Below are positions 9,976 through 21,626 of a DNA stretch of 64,000 nucleotides, piece after piece. The translations under genes and the position numbers were made by a program. The stretch's first letter is position 1, and each line of letters begins with the position of its first letter. The DNA comes from Diplonema papillatum (lineage: Eukaryota): assembly GCA_030068145.1 (NCBI GenBank), contig JAPJBO010000158.1, positions 117,818 to 181,817 on the forward strand, in the 5' to 3' direction. The notes beneath the pieces are model-generated. The model was not told the DNA's origin. It worked only from the letters and a program-made list of their open reading frames with translations, and did no database searches.

Positions 9976-10947
9976 GTTTACGAGCAGGACTACGAAGAAC
10001 AGCTGCTTGGGTACAGGCGAGCGCACAACAACGAGGATCAAGACCTTCTGTGGGCTGTGAAGGGGAACGCTCACGCAAACGTCGGGGTGGTGACGCGGTT
10101 CTGGATGCGCACCATTCCTCGTCCGAACTACATGGTGAAAGGGTTTTACCTGTTCGAGGCGGAATCTGCAATCCACCTGCAGAGCTTCTGGGGATCAGTG
10201 TGCAAGTTCTACTCCGTCGACGACGAGTCGCCGAAGGCCGAAAATCTGATTTTGCGGCCCTTCCTCCGGTCCGGGAACCAGCTGGAGCTGGAAGTGTACT
10301 ACCTGCCAGACCGCAACGACACGGCCAGCCGTGCACTGGCGGAGGCGGAAGAAGTGTTGCGCAAGTTCTTGGTAGGTGTGACGGCACCGCTGATAACACA
10401 GAATCTGCAGGCCGTGCCAGACAAGATGCAGTTCGACAATATGTTGAATGGCCAGGGCGGACGGACGACGGACAGCTGCACCTCGAGACTTGTGAAGAAG
10501 CGAGAGGATGTTTGCGACAACTGGTCGTTCTTGGACAGCTTCGCTGACAGGATGTGGTACGAGATGCAGAACCCTGTTGTGGACCAGACATTTTTCGCTT
10601 CCTTCGACCCTTGGGGAGGTGCGGCCGCGGCAAACGACCCGGACTTCGTGAAGTCGTCGTTCATGGGCAGGCATGCGTGGGGGACGTTCCAATACTGCAG
10701 GACACCTGTGGGCGCCGTCACGAGGGAAGCTTTGTGGGCACCGATTGACAAGTTCGACAGTCTGATCGCGTCTCAGATCAGCGACTCGTGGTACGTGAAC
10801 TTCCAAGACAGAACGACGACAAACCGGTCGCAGGTTCTGTTCGTTCCGGAGGTGAACGAAAGGCTGCAGACGATCAAAGCGAAGTACGACACGACCGGCG
10901 TTTTCTCGAGTCCGCTAACTGTCGCACTGCCCGCGCGCGAATGGTAA
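9976..10947 (+). CDS. BBE-like oxidase paralog 2, exon 2
   Basis: VYEQDYEEQLLGYRRAHNNEDQDLLWAVKGNAHANVGVVTRFWMRTIPRP. Same 972-nt length as the other exon 2s. Substitutions cluster in the presumed substrate-binding part. Confidence 0.85.
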   Translation, partial: VYEQDYEEQLLGYRRAHNNEDQDLLWAVKGNAHANVGVVTRFWMRTIPRPNYMVKGFYLFEAESAIHLQSFWGSVCKFYSVDDESPKAENLILRPFLRSGNQLELEVYYLPDRNDTASRALAEAEEVLRKFLVGVTAPLITQNLQAVPDKMQFDNMLNGQGGRTTDSCTSRLVKKREDVCDNWSFLDSFADRMWYEMQNPVVDQTFFASFDPWGGAAAANDPDFVKSSFMGRHAWGTFQYCRTPVGAVTREALWAPIDKFDSLIASQISDSWYVNFQDRTTTNRSQVLFVPEVNERLQTIKAKYDTTGVFSSPLTVALPAREW

Positions 10948-12460
10948 GGACGAAGCACGAGCTGCCACGAAACACGCAGCCAAGCCAAAACTAACCCTTT
11001 CGACCATGGTCACCCGGCGACTTCAGATCGCCGGGTTCTAAAGCGAACTCACATATAATTTAAGGAGGATATCCTTCTTAAAACTCGAAAGAGTATATTT
11101 ATTTATATACGTGTACGAGAAATCATCAGAAAAAGAAAAGAACGAATACCACGGAAGTGTAATCAGAAGAACCAAATAAAACATAAACAGCGAACATCAC
11201 GACACCACGCGAACAAGCTCATTGGCGCTTCTCGAGAATATCTTTGAAAAGCGCGGGAAAAGTGTAGTCGAATTAAAGCAAGCAAGACCCAGTGATCGAA
11301 CATCTCGAATACACGGAGACAGAATATTACCGCAGAACAGAACGAAGGAAGAAAGAAAGCTAAAATAAAAAAAGTACAGTGCTTTTGTTCTTCTTCAACT
11401 TATTGTTCAAGTTTTCAACAACAAATACGCATTTCTTTTCGAGATGCAAGCTTTCCGGATTCGTACCTGAAGGCCAAAACCCAACACAAAACTCATCGTT
11501 CCAGTCCATTGTGCGCCGGGCAGTGATGCCAAATGGGATGTGTTACCGGCAAGCTTAGCCCACGCGCGGCTACGGTTCAACATATCCTTGTCGAAGCCGA
11601 CGCCATCCACACACGCAGCCTCAAGCCTTGTTGAGGCCTACCCGCAAGGGCCGCCCGACCTGAAAGGTGTGATGGAGGATTTCGCTCTTCGAAGGCCACC
11701 GGTTCTGAAGTACGTCAAAAATGTCCAATCTTCAAAATCCCCTAAATTTACCAAACAAAAACTCTAAAAATCCGACCGCCGAATACAAGAAAAAGTCTAA
11801 AAAGACAGGTCGCAAGCCAAACTGGTCGTCCCTCGGGATCGACGGTCACGCAAAAAAAAAAGCGCCCATCTTTCCAAACGCATGCAATTTCCGAGCGGGG
11901 GAGACACCAGCAGTGTTTTCCCTAGCGAGGCGAAACACATTTGTTTCGCCAAAATTTTTGGAGGTGTGTGCTAAGAAGCTTTTTTTCGCCACAGGGTTTT
12001 TGACAAAAATAAGTTGGGTGGTTCATAACTGCCAGGCAGGGTCAATTGCCGATGAGATTCGTCATCAGGAGTTAGAAGTGGCAGTAGAGTCAAGGATGGC
12101 TAGCGGGCTAGATAAAGTCATTGGGTTGTTTTGCAAAGAGATCTCTTCTGCTTTGAACTCTGCACAAAAACTGTTGTCGATCAGCTTTTTGCTGTCGTCA
12201 CGAATGAATGCTTGTAGCTCCGCTTCCGGCTTCGTGGCAACATATTCGATGGCAAGAAGACTATCAGCTCCATCTGCAGGGTTCTACAGCTCCCATTCAA
12301 CAAGCCCGCACGCCTACAACCTACCGACCCTCCATCCTTGAACATCATGCATGAAAGAAATCGGGCGAGAATTTTTTTTTGCCCCTTTTTTGTGAACCGT
12401 TAATTTTTTTGCCAGCCAAATTCATTAACTTGACAAAGCGGAAAAAGCCTGGTCAATAGG

Positions 12461-12491
<31 letters not shown>
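12461..12491. repeat. Homopolymer A31 tract
   Basis: Seen directly. Followed by the 45-bp motif gatcgtccctcgggatcgacggt. Confidence 0.9.
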
Positions 12492-12492
<1 letters not shown>

Positions 12493-14324
12493 AAACAAAG
12501 GTCGAGACATCAATCTGATCGTCCCTCGGGATCGACGGTAGCACCATAAAAAAAACTTTAATCCTAAAAACCCAAAAACGAAATACATGAAGAATACTGA
12601 CCGACGACGGAATGCAGATGGGCGCAGCTTGCTGCGTACTATCTCTTTTCGTGCATCGATGCATCAAGTATCATCACACCGATCACGCCCCCTCCAGAAA
12701 AAGGAGAAGGAAAAGGAGCGGCGCAGACGCAATCATAAACCCACATTGAAAAATGACGCCAGCGCAGACGACTAATTCGTCCGAAAACCCAGATGGTGCC
12801 GTCGTTTGTTGCAAAAGCAAGACACACTCGGGGTTGTCCGTTGTCAAGAAGGAGCGATCGCATGCGTTTCGCCTCCGGGATTGTGCACGTTCGTGTCACG
12901 TGGTCTGTGAGCGTCTTCTGGCACCGCGGAACCGGTTCCGTTGGGTGCGTGCCAGGATTTGCTGTGCGGCCCCGTGCAGAGCCCTACAATCTCTACAGGC
13001 ATCCGCCGGCGTTCGCTAGCCTGCTTGTTACCCAACTCGCGCTTCAAAGAAGGAGCCACGTGCAGTTTGTTTGAAACCTCAATTCTATCATTCAAAAAAA
13101 AAAACGAAAATGAAGCAAAGGCGCATTCAGTAAGAAGGGACGGGATAAAGACCCTCACCGACATGCCGTCAGCTCACCTAAGCCGGACCCCTCGAGCCAG
13201 GGGAATCGTAACACATGCATCTAAAACGAAATACCTGTCTCGACTGCCCCTCGCTCCGTTTCTTCCAGGCAGTCCACGAAAGTGTGACTGCAGATGCTCT
13301 CCCCTTACGTACGCAACCAATACTCTCGGCAGCAAATAGAGGTGCGATGGCTGAAGAATTCACTGGCAAAATGCGAACAAACTTCGGCTGTATCGTCTCT
13401 CCATGTGTGGCCCTATTTATCGGGGTATTTCGGAAAAAATCCTAAAATCCTATTTATGCTTTTTGCACTTTTTCTGCCACTACTTTTTGCACCCTTTTCG
13501 GTTCGAGGCGATGTCCAAACTTCCTCGATCGGCCACGTTGCTGCCCTCGAGACTTGTGACGCAGCAAAGGAACCATCACGCTGCAACCACCACAGCATCT
13601 CCGTGTCGGGGCATCAACCTAGCCTTCTTCGTGCATCCAACTCATGGCCGATACTGCCATGAGCGACATCATCCGTGGGACTGAATACCCAGGAACTCCC
13701 TGTTATCTTCGCTTTTCTCCTTGTAGCCTGGTTCAGAAAAGTGCAAAAATATATTCTTTTTGCCAAAATCTGTTATTACGGTAACGCTCTGAGGGCCACA
13801 CCTGCGTCTCTCTCCGGTTTCTTTCTTTGTATAAGCACCTGCTTTGTATGAAATACTCGGAGGCCGCCAGTTGCAAAATCTGGAGGAGGAATGCGCTGTA
13901 ACCCACACAAAACACACAGGGAAAACTGGGCTGAGTGGCGGGCGTAAGCGTTCAACCAAAAAGAACCATTTGTAGTTGTATTGTTTCTCCCCCTCTAGCC
14001 TCCGTCGAACTAAGCACCGGGCGGCCCCTCCGAGTGTTTTTGTCACCGCACTCTTTTGCGTCCGCTTCCTCCCTCGATCGTCCACGTTTTCAGTACCTGC
14101 ATGGGTCTCTCTCCCGGACGTTTGCCACCCCTAATATTTTGCACACGGTGCACCTGACATTTTGCAAAAGACCCGCTACTACGATAACGCTGCCTTCGTC
14201 GCTGTGGACCGGTTGGGACCTTCAAAACGAACAACACGCGGCCTTCGCGCATGTCTTTTCGCCCTTGTTTTCCTCCTCGTTCCCTTAATATTCGCGAGAC
14301 CTTTCCCTTTCGTTTTACGTAAGC

Positions 14325-14525
14325 GCCAACTTGGTAGGAAATGCTCGACGATGCTGCCAGACAAAGAACAGACGGGATCCGAAGTGCTGTAACTACCGAA
14401 CCACGTGTTGAACGGACGCGAGGTCTACCCCTACACGACGAATCACACAAACACAACAGGTCAAAGTCCTGAGTGAGAATACAGCACACGGGGGTGCAAG
14501 CGAAGACACAAAATAACAACGTCAG
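14325..14525 (-). mobile_element. R1 SINE-like element, copy b
   Basis: cgttttacgtaagcgccaacttggtaggaaatgctcgacgatgctgccagacaaagaacagacgggatccgaagtgctgtaactaccgaaccacgtgttgaacggacg...ggtctacccctacacgacgaatcacacaaacacaacaggtcaaagtcctgagtgagaa. Confidence 0.5.
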
Positions 14526-15316
14526 GCAGTCAGGATAATTGCAGCTCTTGGTGCTCCCGAGTTGTGCGATCCCCACGGTGGGCTCGATAGCCACCGGTGG
14601 CGGCATGTCGGGACGATATGGGTGCATCAAGGCAAGCTTACCGGGAACAGAAAATCTCGCGTTGAGCATAAGGGTGAAAGCTTGCTCGATAGAGTACCGA
14701 TGTGTGAAAGCATGGCCTAACGATCCGTTGGTCTCGCTTACAGATTACCATACGACAGCCTGAAAAAGAAGCTGGCAGCTGTTACCCGTTCTTGCCCCTT
14801 GGTCCTGTCCTCCGTCCAAGAGGTCGGGACTGGCGGTGAGCAGCATATGCACGAGTTGCGCGAGAACGAGGGGCTGCACATAGCAGCCGCAGTGCTGCTC
14901 AGAGGCTGCTCTGTTGGGCACCGGACAAGCGACACGGACACCCGAACCGCAATTGTCTTGTGAAAGCGGCGTGGTTTCCGTCGGAAGCTATCATGGATCG
15001 GGCATCGTTGGATCTTTATCCATGCAGCCGGGAAGCTCGATAAAGAGCTAAATGTGAGAATTTGACGTCTACCCATAACCTCCGGACTCCGATAGAAACA
15101 AAAGTTTAGTGTAACCCCTGATTATTAGATTCACGGTTACACGAACTAGCGCACATGGTCGGTGTTCATGATGCTTTCATTCGTGTAGCTGACTGGCTAG
15201 TTGTTGTAGCAAGGCGTGCTTCTAGACTAAATCCGTATTGTCCCATGTCGAACGCATTTACTCCACACCATCTGAGAACATCCCGACTGCAGGTATTTCC
15301 TACCCGTCCTCTCCTC

Positions 15317-15340
15317 GCAAACAAAACTGCCAAACTGAAC
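15317..15340 (+). promoter_or_regulatory. Conserved upstream motif (gcaaacaaaactgccaaactgaac), 19 nt before the ATG of paralog 3
   Basis: See paralog 1 motif. Confidence 0.3.
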
Positions 15341-15358
15341 CACGTGTGTGAACGCAAC

Positions 15359-17668
15359 ATGTGGAACACTCTCCTTGTCATGGTAACCGTGCTCGTGCTG
15401 CGAGCCGACGCGGTACCGAACGACCCGGTTTCGAAAGCGGATTTATGCGAGTTCGAGAAGACGATAAACGGCATGATTCTGCTTGCGGATGCAACGTGCT
15501 GCCTCGGCGTTGTCAGGCCAGCGGACTACGTCTGCCCGGTTATAGCCGGGGAAGAAACGTACACTTCGGTCACGGAAGATTTCCTCATGGATTGCGACGG
15601 AGACCTCCCCGCGGGAGTCATCGTCGCAAAGGGATCAGGAGACGTGAGCAAAGCGCTTGCGTACGTGAAGGCGGCGAACGTGGCGTTCCGTGTGAAGAGC
15701 GGTGGACACAGCCAGGCTTGCCTGAGCACCGTTAAAGACGGTGTGGTGCTGTCTTTGGAGTCGATGAAGGAGGTGGATTACTTGACACTTGACGACAAGT
15801 CTGTGTTTATGACGATTGAGGCCGGCGTGGTTTTGAAGGAGCTTTTTGACGACTACACAACGAACAGTGACGTGTACTTCCCGCACGGACTGGATCCTTG
15901 GATCGGTATGGGTGGGCACTTGTCTGGCGGTGGAGTGGGCCACCTTGTGAGAAAGTTCGGGTTCGGTACAGACTTCATCGTTGGAATGGACGTGGTGCTG
16001 CCGTCGGGAGAGTTCGTGCAGGTGTTCGAGCCGGAGTACGAGGAGAAGCTGACGGGGAGGCTGAGCGTGTACAACGCGAGAGACCGACAACTTCTGTGGG
16101 GCTTGAAAGGTAGCGGACACGCGAACTTCGGAGTGGTGACGAAGTTCTGGATGCGAACTATCCCCCGTCCGGATTACGTGGTGCTTGGTCAGTACGACTA
16201 TAACATCGTGAACAAGGCGAGTGTGGAGGAGTACTGGAACTCGGTGTGCGGATACTACTCGAAGGCACCGGCGAACGAGACAGCGGAAGAACGGAACTTG
16301 CTTGTGTGGCCGACGGTGAACCAGAACAGTGAGGGAGTGTTCAAGATGCGGTTCACGATCTACTACATCCCGGACGACAACTGCACGGCACTGGGTGCCC
16401 TTGACGAGGCGACGCCGGTGGTGAACGACTTCCTGGCGCACGTGAACGGGCTGACTTACCACTCGGGAGGCATCAAGGCAGTGGCGCAGAGCGGGCAGTA
16501 CCCGAATCTGGTGGACCCAAGAGCGAGCCGTACAGCATACACATGCGTTTCGAGGATCGTTCCTTCGCGGGAAGACGTGTGCAACAGAGACGGGTGGATT
16601 GGGAAGTTCGCCGACTTCATCTACGACGAGATCAGCTTGTTTCCTTCGCGGGGGACAACGTTCTTCACGTACTTCGACAAGTGGGGCGGGGCAGCTTCGC
16701 TGAACGACGCAAACTTCGAGCGGACGTCGGTGACTGCCCGGAACGCATGGGGCACAGTTCAGTACTGCCGAGTGCCTTTGGATCCTACAAACCGTGATAT
16801 GAATGCTATGATCAACGGTGAAGGTGGTACGAAGGATTTCAACGACTCGGTGCTGGCAGATGTGGGCAACGGGTGGTACATCAACTTCATTGACATGTTG
16901 ACGACGGAACCCGAGCAAATCTACACCGAGCCGGCGGTGTACCAGCGACTTCAGAAGGTGAAGCACGTCTACGATCCGACGAACGTTCTCGACAGGCCTT
17001 TCGGCGTGCCTCTGCCGGGGTCGGAGTTCTTGGCAGACAGCACCTTGGCGTTGGTCGGGGCTTCGGCACCGACGGGACAAGACTACTGCAAACTCTCTGG
17101 CACGTTAGAGGGCGCTGTCTTGATGCCTATGATGGGATGCTGCGGCAGCAGCGTGGTGCCGCCAGGCTTTCCGTGCACAGCCGACCCAGCGAACGGGAAC
17201 CTGAGCTACGCTGAGAGCCACAATCGCGTTCTGGTCGACTGCGACGATCTGAAGCCCAACGCCGTCATCATCGCCCGAAGCGCGTTGGACGTTACGAAGT
17301 CGCTGAAGTTCATCAAGGAGCGAGACATCGACTACCGCATCCGTTCCGGCGCTCACAGTCAGTCGTGCGCGAGCACGTGCAGTAACTGCGTTGTTATCTC
17401 GCTGGAGAAAATGAAGGGCATCGGCTACGTGACATCTGACACGGGTGCGACGTTCATGGGAGTCGAGCCGGGTGTCGTGTTGAAGGAGCTCATTGCCGAC
17501 TACCAGGACCACAGCGACGTGTACTTCCCGCACGGTCTGGACGCACCCGTCGGCCTCGGGGGGCACTTGGGTGGTGGAGCTGTCGGCTACCTCACGAGGA
17601 AGTTCGGCTTCGGTTCTGACTTTATTGTCGGCGTGGAACTTGTTCTTGGGAACGGCAAGTTCGTTCAG
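15359..17668 (+). CDS. BBE-like FAD-linked oxidase paralog 3, exon 1 (divergent N-terminal leader)
   Basis: Inside ORF 15155..17881. Start MWNTLLVMVTVLVLRADA is a signal peptide at the conserved position. FAD motifs conserved (RVKSGGHS, GMGGHLSGGGVGH). The leader region is the most divergent part. Confidence 0.85.
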
Positions 17669-17796
17669 GTGTGCTTCTCCCGATGCACGCAAACCTCTAC
17701 CATTCGAACCGGAAGGAATCATAACAGTTTTTGTGTTTGTTCTGTTCAGCAAGCCAGTTTTGGACGAATCCACGACCGACCTAAACTCACACGCAG
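17669..17796 (+). other. Intron (GT..AG, 128 bp) of BBE paralog 3
   Basis: Donor cag|gtgtgc, acceptor acgcag|gtcaatgac. Intron is open in-frame in this copy, but homology restarts only at the acceptor in the +1-shifted frame (ORF 17878..18768). Confidence 0.78.
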
Positions 17797-18768
17797 GTCA
17801 ATGACCAAGACTACGAAGAACAGCTGCTTGGGTACAGGCGAGCGCACAACGACGAGGACCAAGACCTTCTGTGGGCTGTGAAGGGGAACGCTCACGCAAA
17901 CGTCGGGGTGGTAACGCGGTACTGGATGCGCACCATTCCTCGTCCGAGCTACATGGTGAAAGGGTTTTACCTGTTCGGAGTGCAGTCTGCAGTCCACCTG
18001 CAGAGCTTCTGGGGATCAGTATGCAAGTTCTACTCTGTCTCCGACGAGTCGCCGAAGGCCAAGAATCTGATATTGTGGCCGTTCGTGCGGTCCGGGAACC
18101 AGCTGATGCTGCAAGTGTTCTACCTGCCCGACCGCAACGACACGGCCAGCGGTGCACTGGCAGAGGCGGAAGAAGTGTTGCACGAGTTCTTGGTAGGTGT
18201 GACGGCGCCGTTGATAACGCAGAGTATCCAGGCCGTGCCAGACAAGATGCAGTTCGCCGACATTTTGAACGACCAGGGCGGACGGACGACGTACAGCTGC
18301 ACCTCGAGACTTGTGAGGAAGCGAGAGGATGTTTGCGACAACTGGTCGTTCTTGGACAGCTTCGCTGACAGGATGTGGTACGAGATGGTGAACCCTGTTG
18401 TGGACCAGACGTTTTTCGCGTACTTCGACCCTTGGGGGAGTGCAGCCACGACAAACGACCCGGACTTCGTGAAGTCGTCATTCATGGGCAGGCATGCGTG
18501 GGGGACGTTCCAGTACTGCAGGACACCTGTGGGCGCCGTCACGAGGGAAGCTTTGTGGGCAACGGTTGACACGTTCGACAGTCTGATCGCGTCTCAGATC
18601 AGCGACTCGTGGTACGTGAACTTCCAAGACAGAACGACGACAAACCGGTCGCAGGTTCTGTTCGTTCCGGAGGTGAACGAAAGGCTGCAGACGATCAAAG
18701 CGAAGTACGACACGACCGGCGTTTTCTCGAGTCCGCTGACTGTCGCACTGCCCGAACGTGGATGGTAG
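17797..18768 (+). CDS. BBE-like oxidase paralog 3, exon 2
   Basis: VNDQDYEEQLLGYRRAHNDEDQDLLWAVKGNAHANVGVVTRYWMRTIPRP...ERLQTIKAKYDTTGVFSSPLTVALPERGW. 972 nt. Confidence 0.85.
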   Translation, partial: VNDQDYEEQLLGYRRAHNDEDQDLLWAVKGNAHANVGVVTRYWMRTIPRPSYMVKGFYLFGVQSAVHLQSFWGSVCKFYSVSDESPKAKNLILWPFVRSGNQLMLQVFYLPDRNDTASGALAEAEEVLHEFLVGVTAPLITQSIQAVPDKMQFADILNDQGGRTTYSCTSRLVRKREDVCDNWSFLDSFADRMWYEMVNPVVDQTFFAYFDPWGSAATTNDPDFVKSSFMGRHAWGTFQYCRTPVGAVTREALWATVDTFDSLIASQISDSWYVNFQDRTTTNRSQVLFVPEVNERLQTIKAKYDTTGVFSSPLTVALPERGW

Positions 18769-19744
18769 GCAAGGCGTCCCCGTGTGCACTCCAACCGAGA
18801 AGAATGGAACTTGGATAACAAGTGAAGATAGCCAACATGGAACGTCTGATCATCATGCTGACGCAGCACCGCTGCTTGAGCCACCTAGCTCAGGTCTCCT
18901 GTCGTGCGTTCATACTTCAGCATCTGTTCAACGCCACGGTGCAAACTCAGCAGACCTGTATGACCACACGGTTATTCCTTCTTCTCAGAAACTCTTAGAA
19001 GAAGGTTTTGACCTTTTTGACCCTGGAGGTGTATTGTCCGAGCACCGGCTTGGATTCTGATTTTTTTAAGGGAACATTCGGGGCTGCCATTTGCTTTGCG
19101 AATAGTCTCCCCCGATGAAACGCGAATCGTCAGCATTCATCCTGCTACGCCGCCCGTTACCTAATAGCGCACGCCCACCAGCGTTAGGGCAAACACTGGG
19201 AGCCCACAAAACAACGACCCAGTCTGAAAATGACGACTGCGTCACGCTTGCGATTCGAATCACCGGGCGGGCAGTCTTCGCAAGCAACCATCTCTTTGTT
19301 TTCACCCACAAAGAAAAATGTCCAACAACCAAAAAGAAAAAAACAGCAAGCAATGCAACGCAAAAAGGAAAAATCAGCAAGCAATGCAATTGAGTCGCTA
19401 GACATCACCAGAACGACGTACGCAAAACGATCCAGGAAAAGGATCGACAGCTTGAACACGGCTGACGTCGCAGTTTGTTTCACCCAGGGTACGAGTTTGG
19501 GAAGGGGTAATCTGACCGCCCGACCAGTTTTCGGTCAGGAGTAAAAATGGGGTTGAATACAAACAGTTGTTTGACACGCAGCTGGCTGTCAGAATTTTTA
19601 CCCTTTTTTTTTTTTTGACGCTGCTACTGTTCGACACACAAGCCACCCCGGGTATTTTATAAGTATTCGACAAATCGAATACTAACACAGGCGTTATAAC
19701 TGAGTCAATTCACCTACCCCTGAAAGAGACGGAACTCGGTGCAG

Positions 19745-19778
19745 ATGGTCGCCACAGATTCTTTGCATTCTAACCCAA
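19745..19778. repeat. Left member of a long-range 33-bp inverted match (tcgccacagattctttgcattctaacccaaa)
   Basis: Reverse complement recurs at 27411-27443 (tttgggttagaatgcaaagagtctgtggcga), one mismatch. The ~7.7-kb block between contains no recognisable transposase. Confidence 0.35.
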
Positions 19779-20175
19779 AATATCACACACCAGGCATAGT
19801 GGTCAAACCATTCGCATTATCACATAGTATCACATTTGGGATTTTGGCGCAATTACCGCATTTTCATTCGCATTATCGCACGCTTAAAACCTGGGCAAAT
19901 ACCGTACTATGGACTGTCGCGTATTATCGCACGCCAGACAATTGGCGCATTATCGCATGCGATACTGCGATAATTATTGTCGCATGCGGATCGTTTGACT
20001 ACTATGACTAGGGGGCACCATTTCTTGTTTTGCACCACCCCTCCAGGGCATGCCTGGCAGGTGACCCCGGACGCAGTGTTGATGGCCGAAGCCCGGCGTG
20101 ATTGGCGGGCCAGCAGGCCAGGTAGGTTAGTTTTTTGGGCCGGATCGATAGCGCAAGTACCCTGGGTTCACCTCA

Positions 20176-20178
<3 letters not shown>

Positions 20179-20216
<38 letters not shown>
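20179..20216. repeat. Homopolymer A38 tract (probable retroposon tail)
   Basis: Seen directly, at the end of the 19740-20178 block. Confidence 0.9.
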
Positions 20217-20217
<1 letters not shown>

Positions 20218-21294
20218 ATAAACCAAGAACAAAACCTCCGTTCCTCCCTTTTCCCACAAGAGCAAGAAACAAAGGAACAAAGCAAACAAAGAAACAAGTC
20301 CGTCCCGCCAGATTCGAAGAATCTGAAGTTCCACACAAAACCGGCAACGCCATTCTTTCACCTCAATCAGTGTTTTCCCTGTGTGGCTAAAAAATATCTT
20401 TTCGCCTAAAAAACCTTTTTCCACGAAAATGCGGTTGGCTAAAAAACTTTTTTTTGCCGCAGGAGTTCCATCTACACACAGTTCTACAGCAAACTCAAGC
20501 CGGAAGCCACAACCTGCCGACCTCCTAGCACCATGCAAACAGATCGGTCGAGAGAAAAAGTCTTGACCTCTTTTTGTGAACCGTGAAAATTTTTAGCCAG
20601 CCAATTTCATTTTGTTGGCTAAGCGGAAAACCACTGACCTCAATACAAAAAAAGGTTGTCGACCACTAACAAGTAAAATACTAAAACAAAACTACGTAAT
20701 TCTTTCCCGTCTGCCCCCCCACCCCAGCGCAGGCGCACAGAGCACGTAGCAGCCTCGGATGCCGCGGCAATGACTTCCTCTTGCACGGTGAAGTCCAGCC
20801 TCATTGAGCTGGAGCTAAAGATGTCACACCCGCTTTCCGGGTGTACATTTATTTTGTCACCAACCGTGTGTGGGGTATGTTTCCGCGTCGAAGGCAGCGA
20901 ACCGCCTCCATTGCCCCTCCACCAGTTCGCAAACAAACAGTCCCGGACATGGCTAGCCACAACCCGTAACGAAAGCGTGTGTGCCGCAACCAAAACGCGT
21001 GTAAATTCACACTCGACAAGCGGGTGTGACACACGCTTTTTAACTCCAGCTTGAAGTCCAGCTTCTGGGGCTGGACTTCACCGTGTGGCCCAAAAGCAAC
21101 CTTCCGCATCGGCAGCGAAACCCGCTGAATCGACCGCCTTCGAGTGGTTTAGTGGCACTTTGCTGTCGTAGAGTTACCTTTTTATGGGGGGGCGTTTCTG
21201 TCAGACAGGTCCGACCCCCCCCCGCCTCTTGCCGTTCACCAAAGTTTCTGAAACGACGACAAGAACTTGGTTAACGACAGAACTTGGTTAGTTT

Positions 21295-21524
21295 TCACTT
21301 ACGCCCCCTTTTGTTTGTGCGCACTTCCTTCAAACATCTAACGGGAGTGAGGATAGTACGCTGCCATCGATCGGTTTTTGTTCTTGACAAATTGCATTTG
21401 TTAGACACAAAAAAACCTCGTTGTAACCACCACTCTTACGACACTCAGACATCTTCCCGTCTTGACGAAGGTCACCCGGAGACTTTAAAACCCCGGAGTT
21501 CAAGCGAACTTTCACTCTAAAACA
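21295..21524 (+). mobile_element. A-tailed retroposon family R5 (3' end ...ccggagactttaaaaccccggagttcaagcgaactttcactctaaaa)
   Basis: Shares >85% identity with 54965..55105 (minus strand). 3' tail motif recurs at 24121..24199, 35497..35540, ~47990..48030 and partially at 10995..11050. Confidence 0.45.
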
Positions 21525-21626
21525 CAAACCTGTGCCGTATGGGCGGGCGGTCGGTAGCACCTGCCAGATGGAAAGTATCACACAATGCCGCGGCTCATTT
21601 TTGAACTCGTGCGGTTTGGGGTTTAC

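Noticed and set aside
14640-14720. Possible LSU rRNA-like motif (gctcgatagagtaccgatgtgtgaaag vs CCGATAGTCAACAAGTACCGTAAGGGAAAG)
   Set aside because: Only short, gapped similarity. Flanks do not continue the rRNA alignment. Could be chance; unlike the two fragments at 25.3 kb and 55.9 kb, it does not pass a by-eye test.
15155-15358. Upstream in-frame extensions of BBE ORFs (15155, 7393, 31416, 42814 starts)
   Set aside because: The extensions are not conserved between paralogs. All five share the MW(S/N/R)R signal-peptide start preceded at fixed distance by the conserved upstream motif.
17669-17881. Read-through of paralog 3 intron as coding (ORF continues to 17881)
   Set aside because: Homology to module 1 stops at the donor and restarts exactly at the AG acceptor in another frame. 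Same GT..AG position in all five copies.
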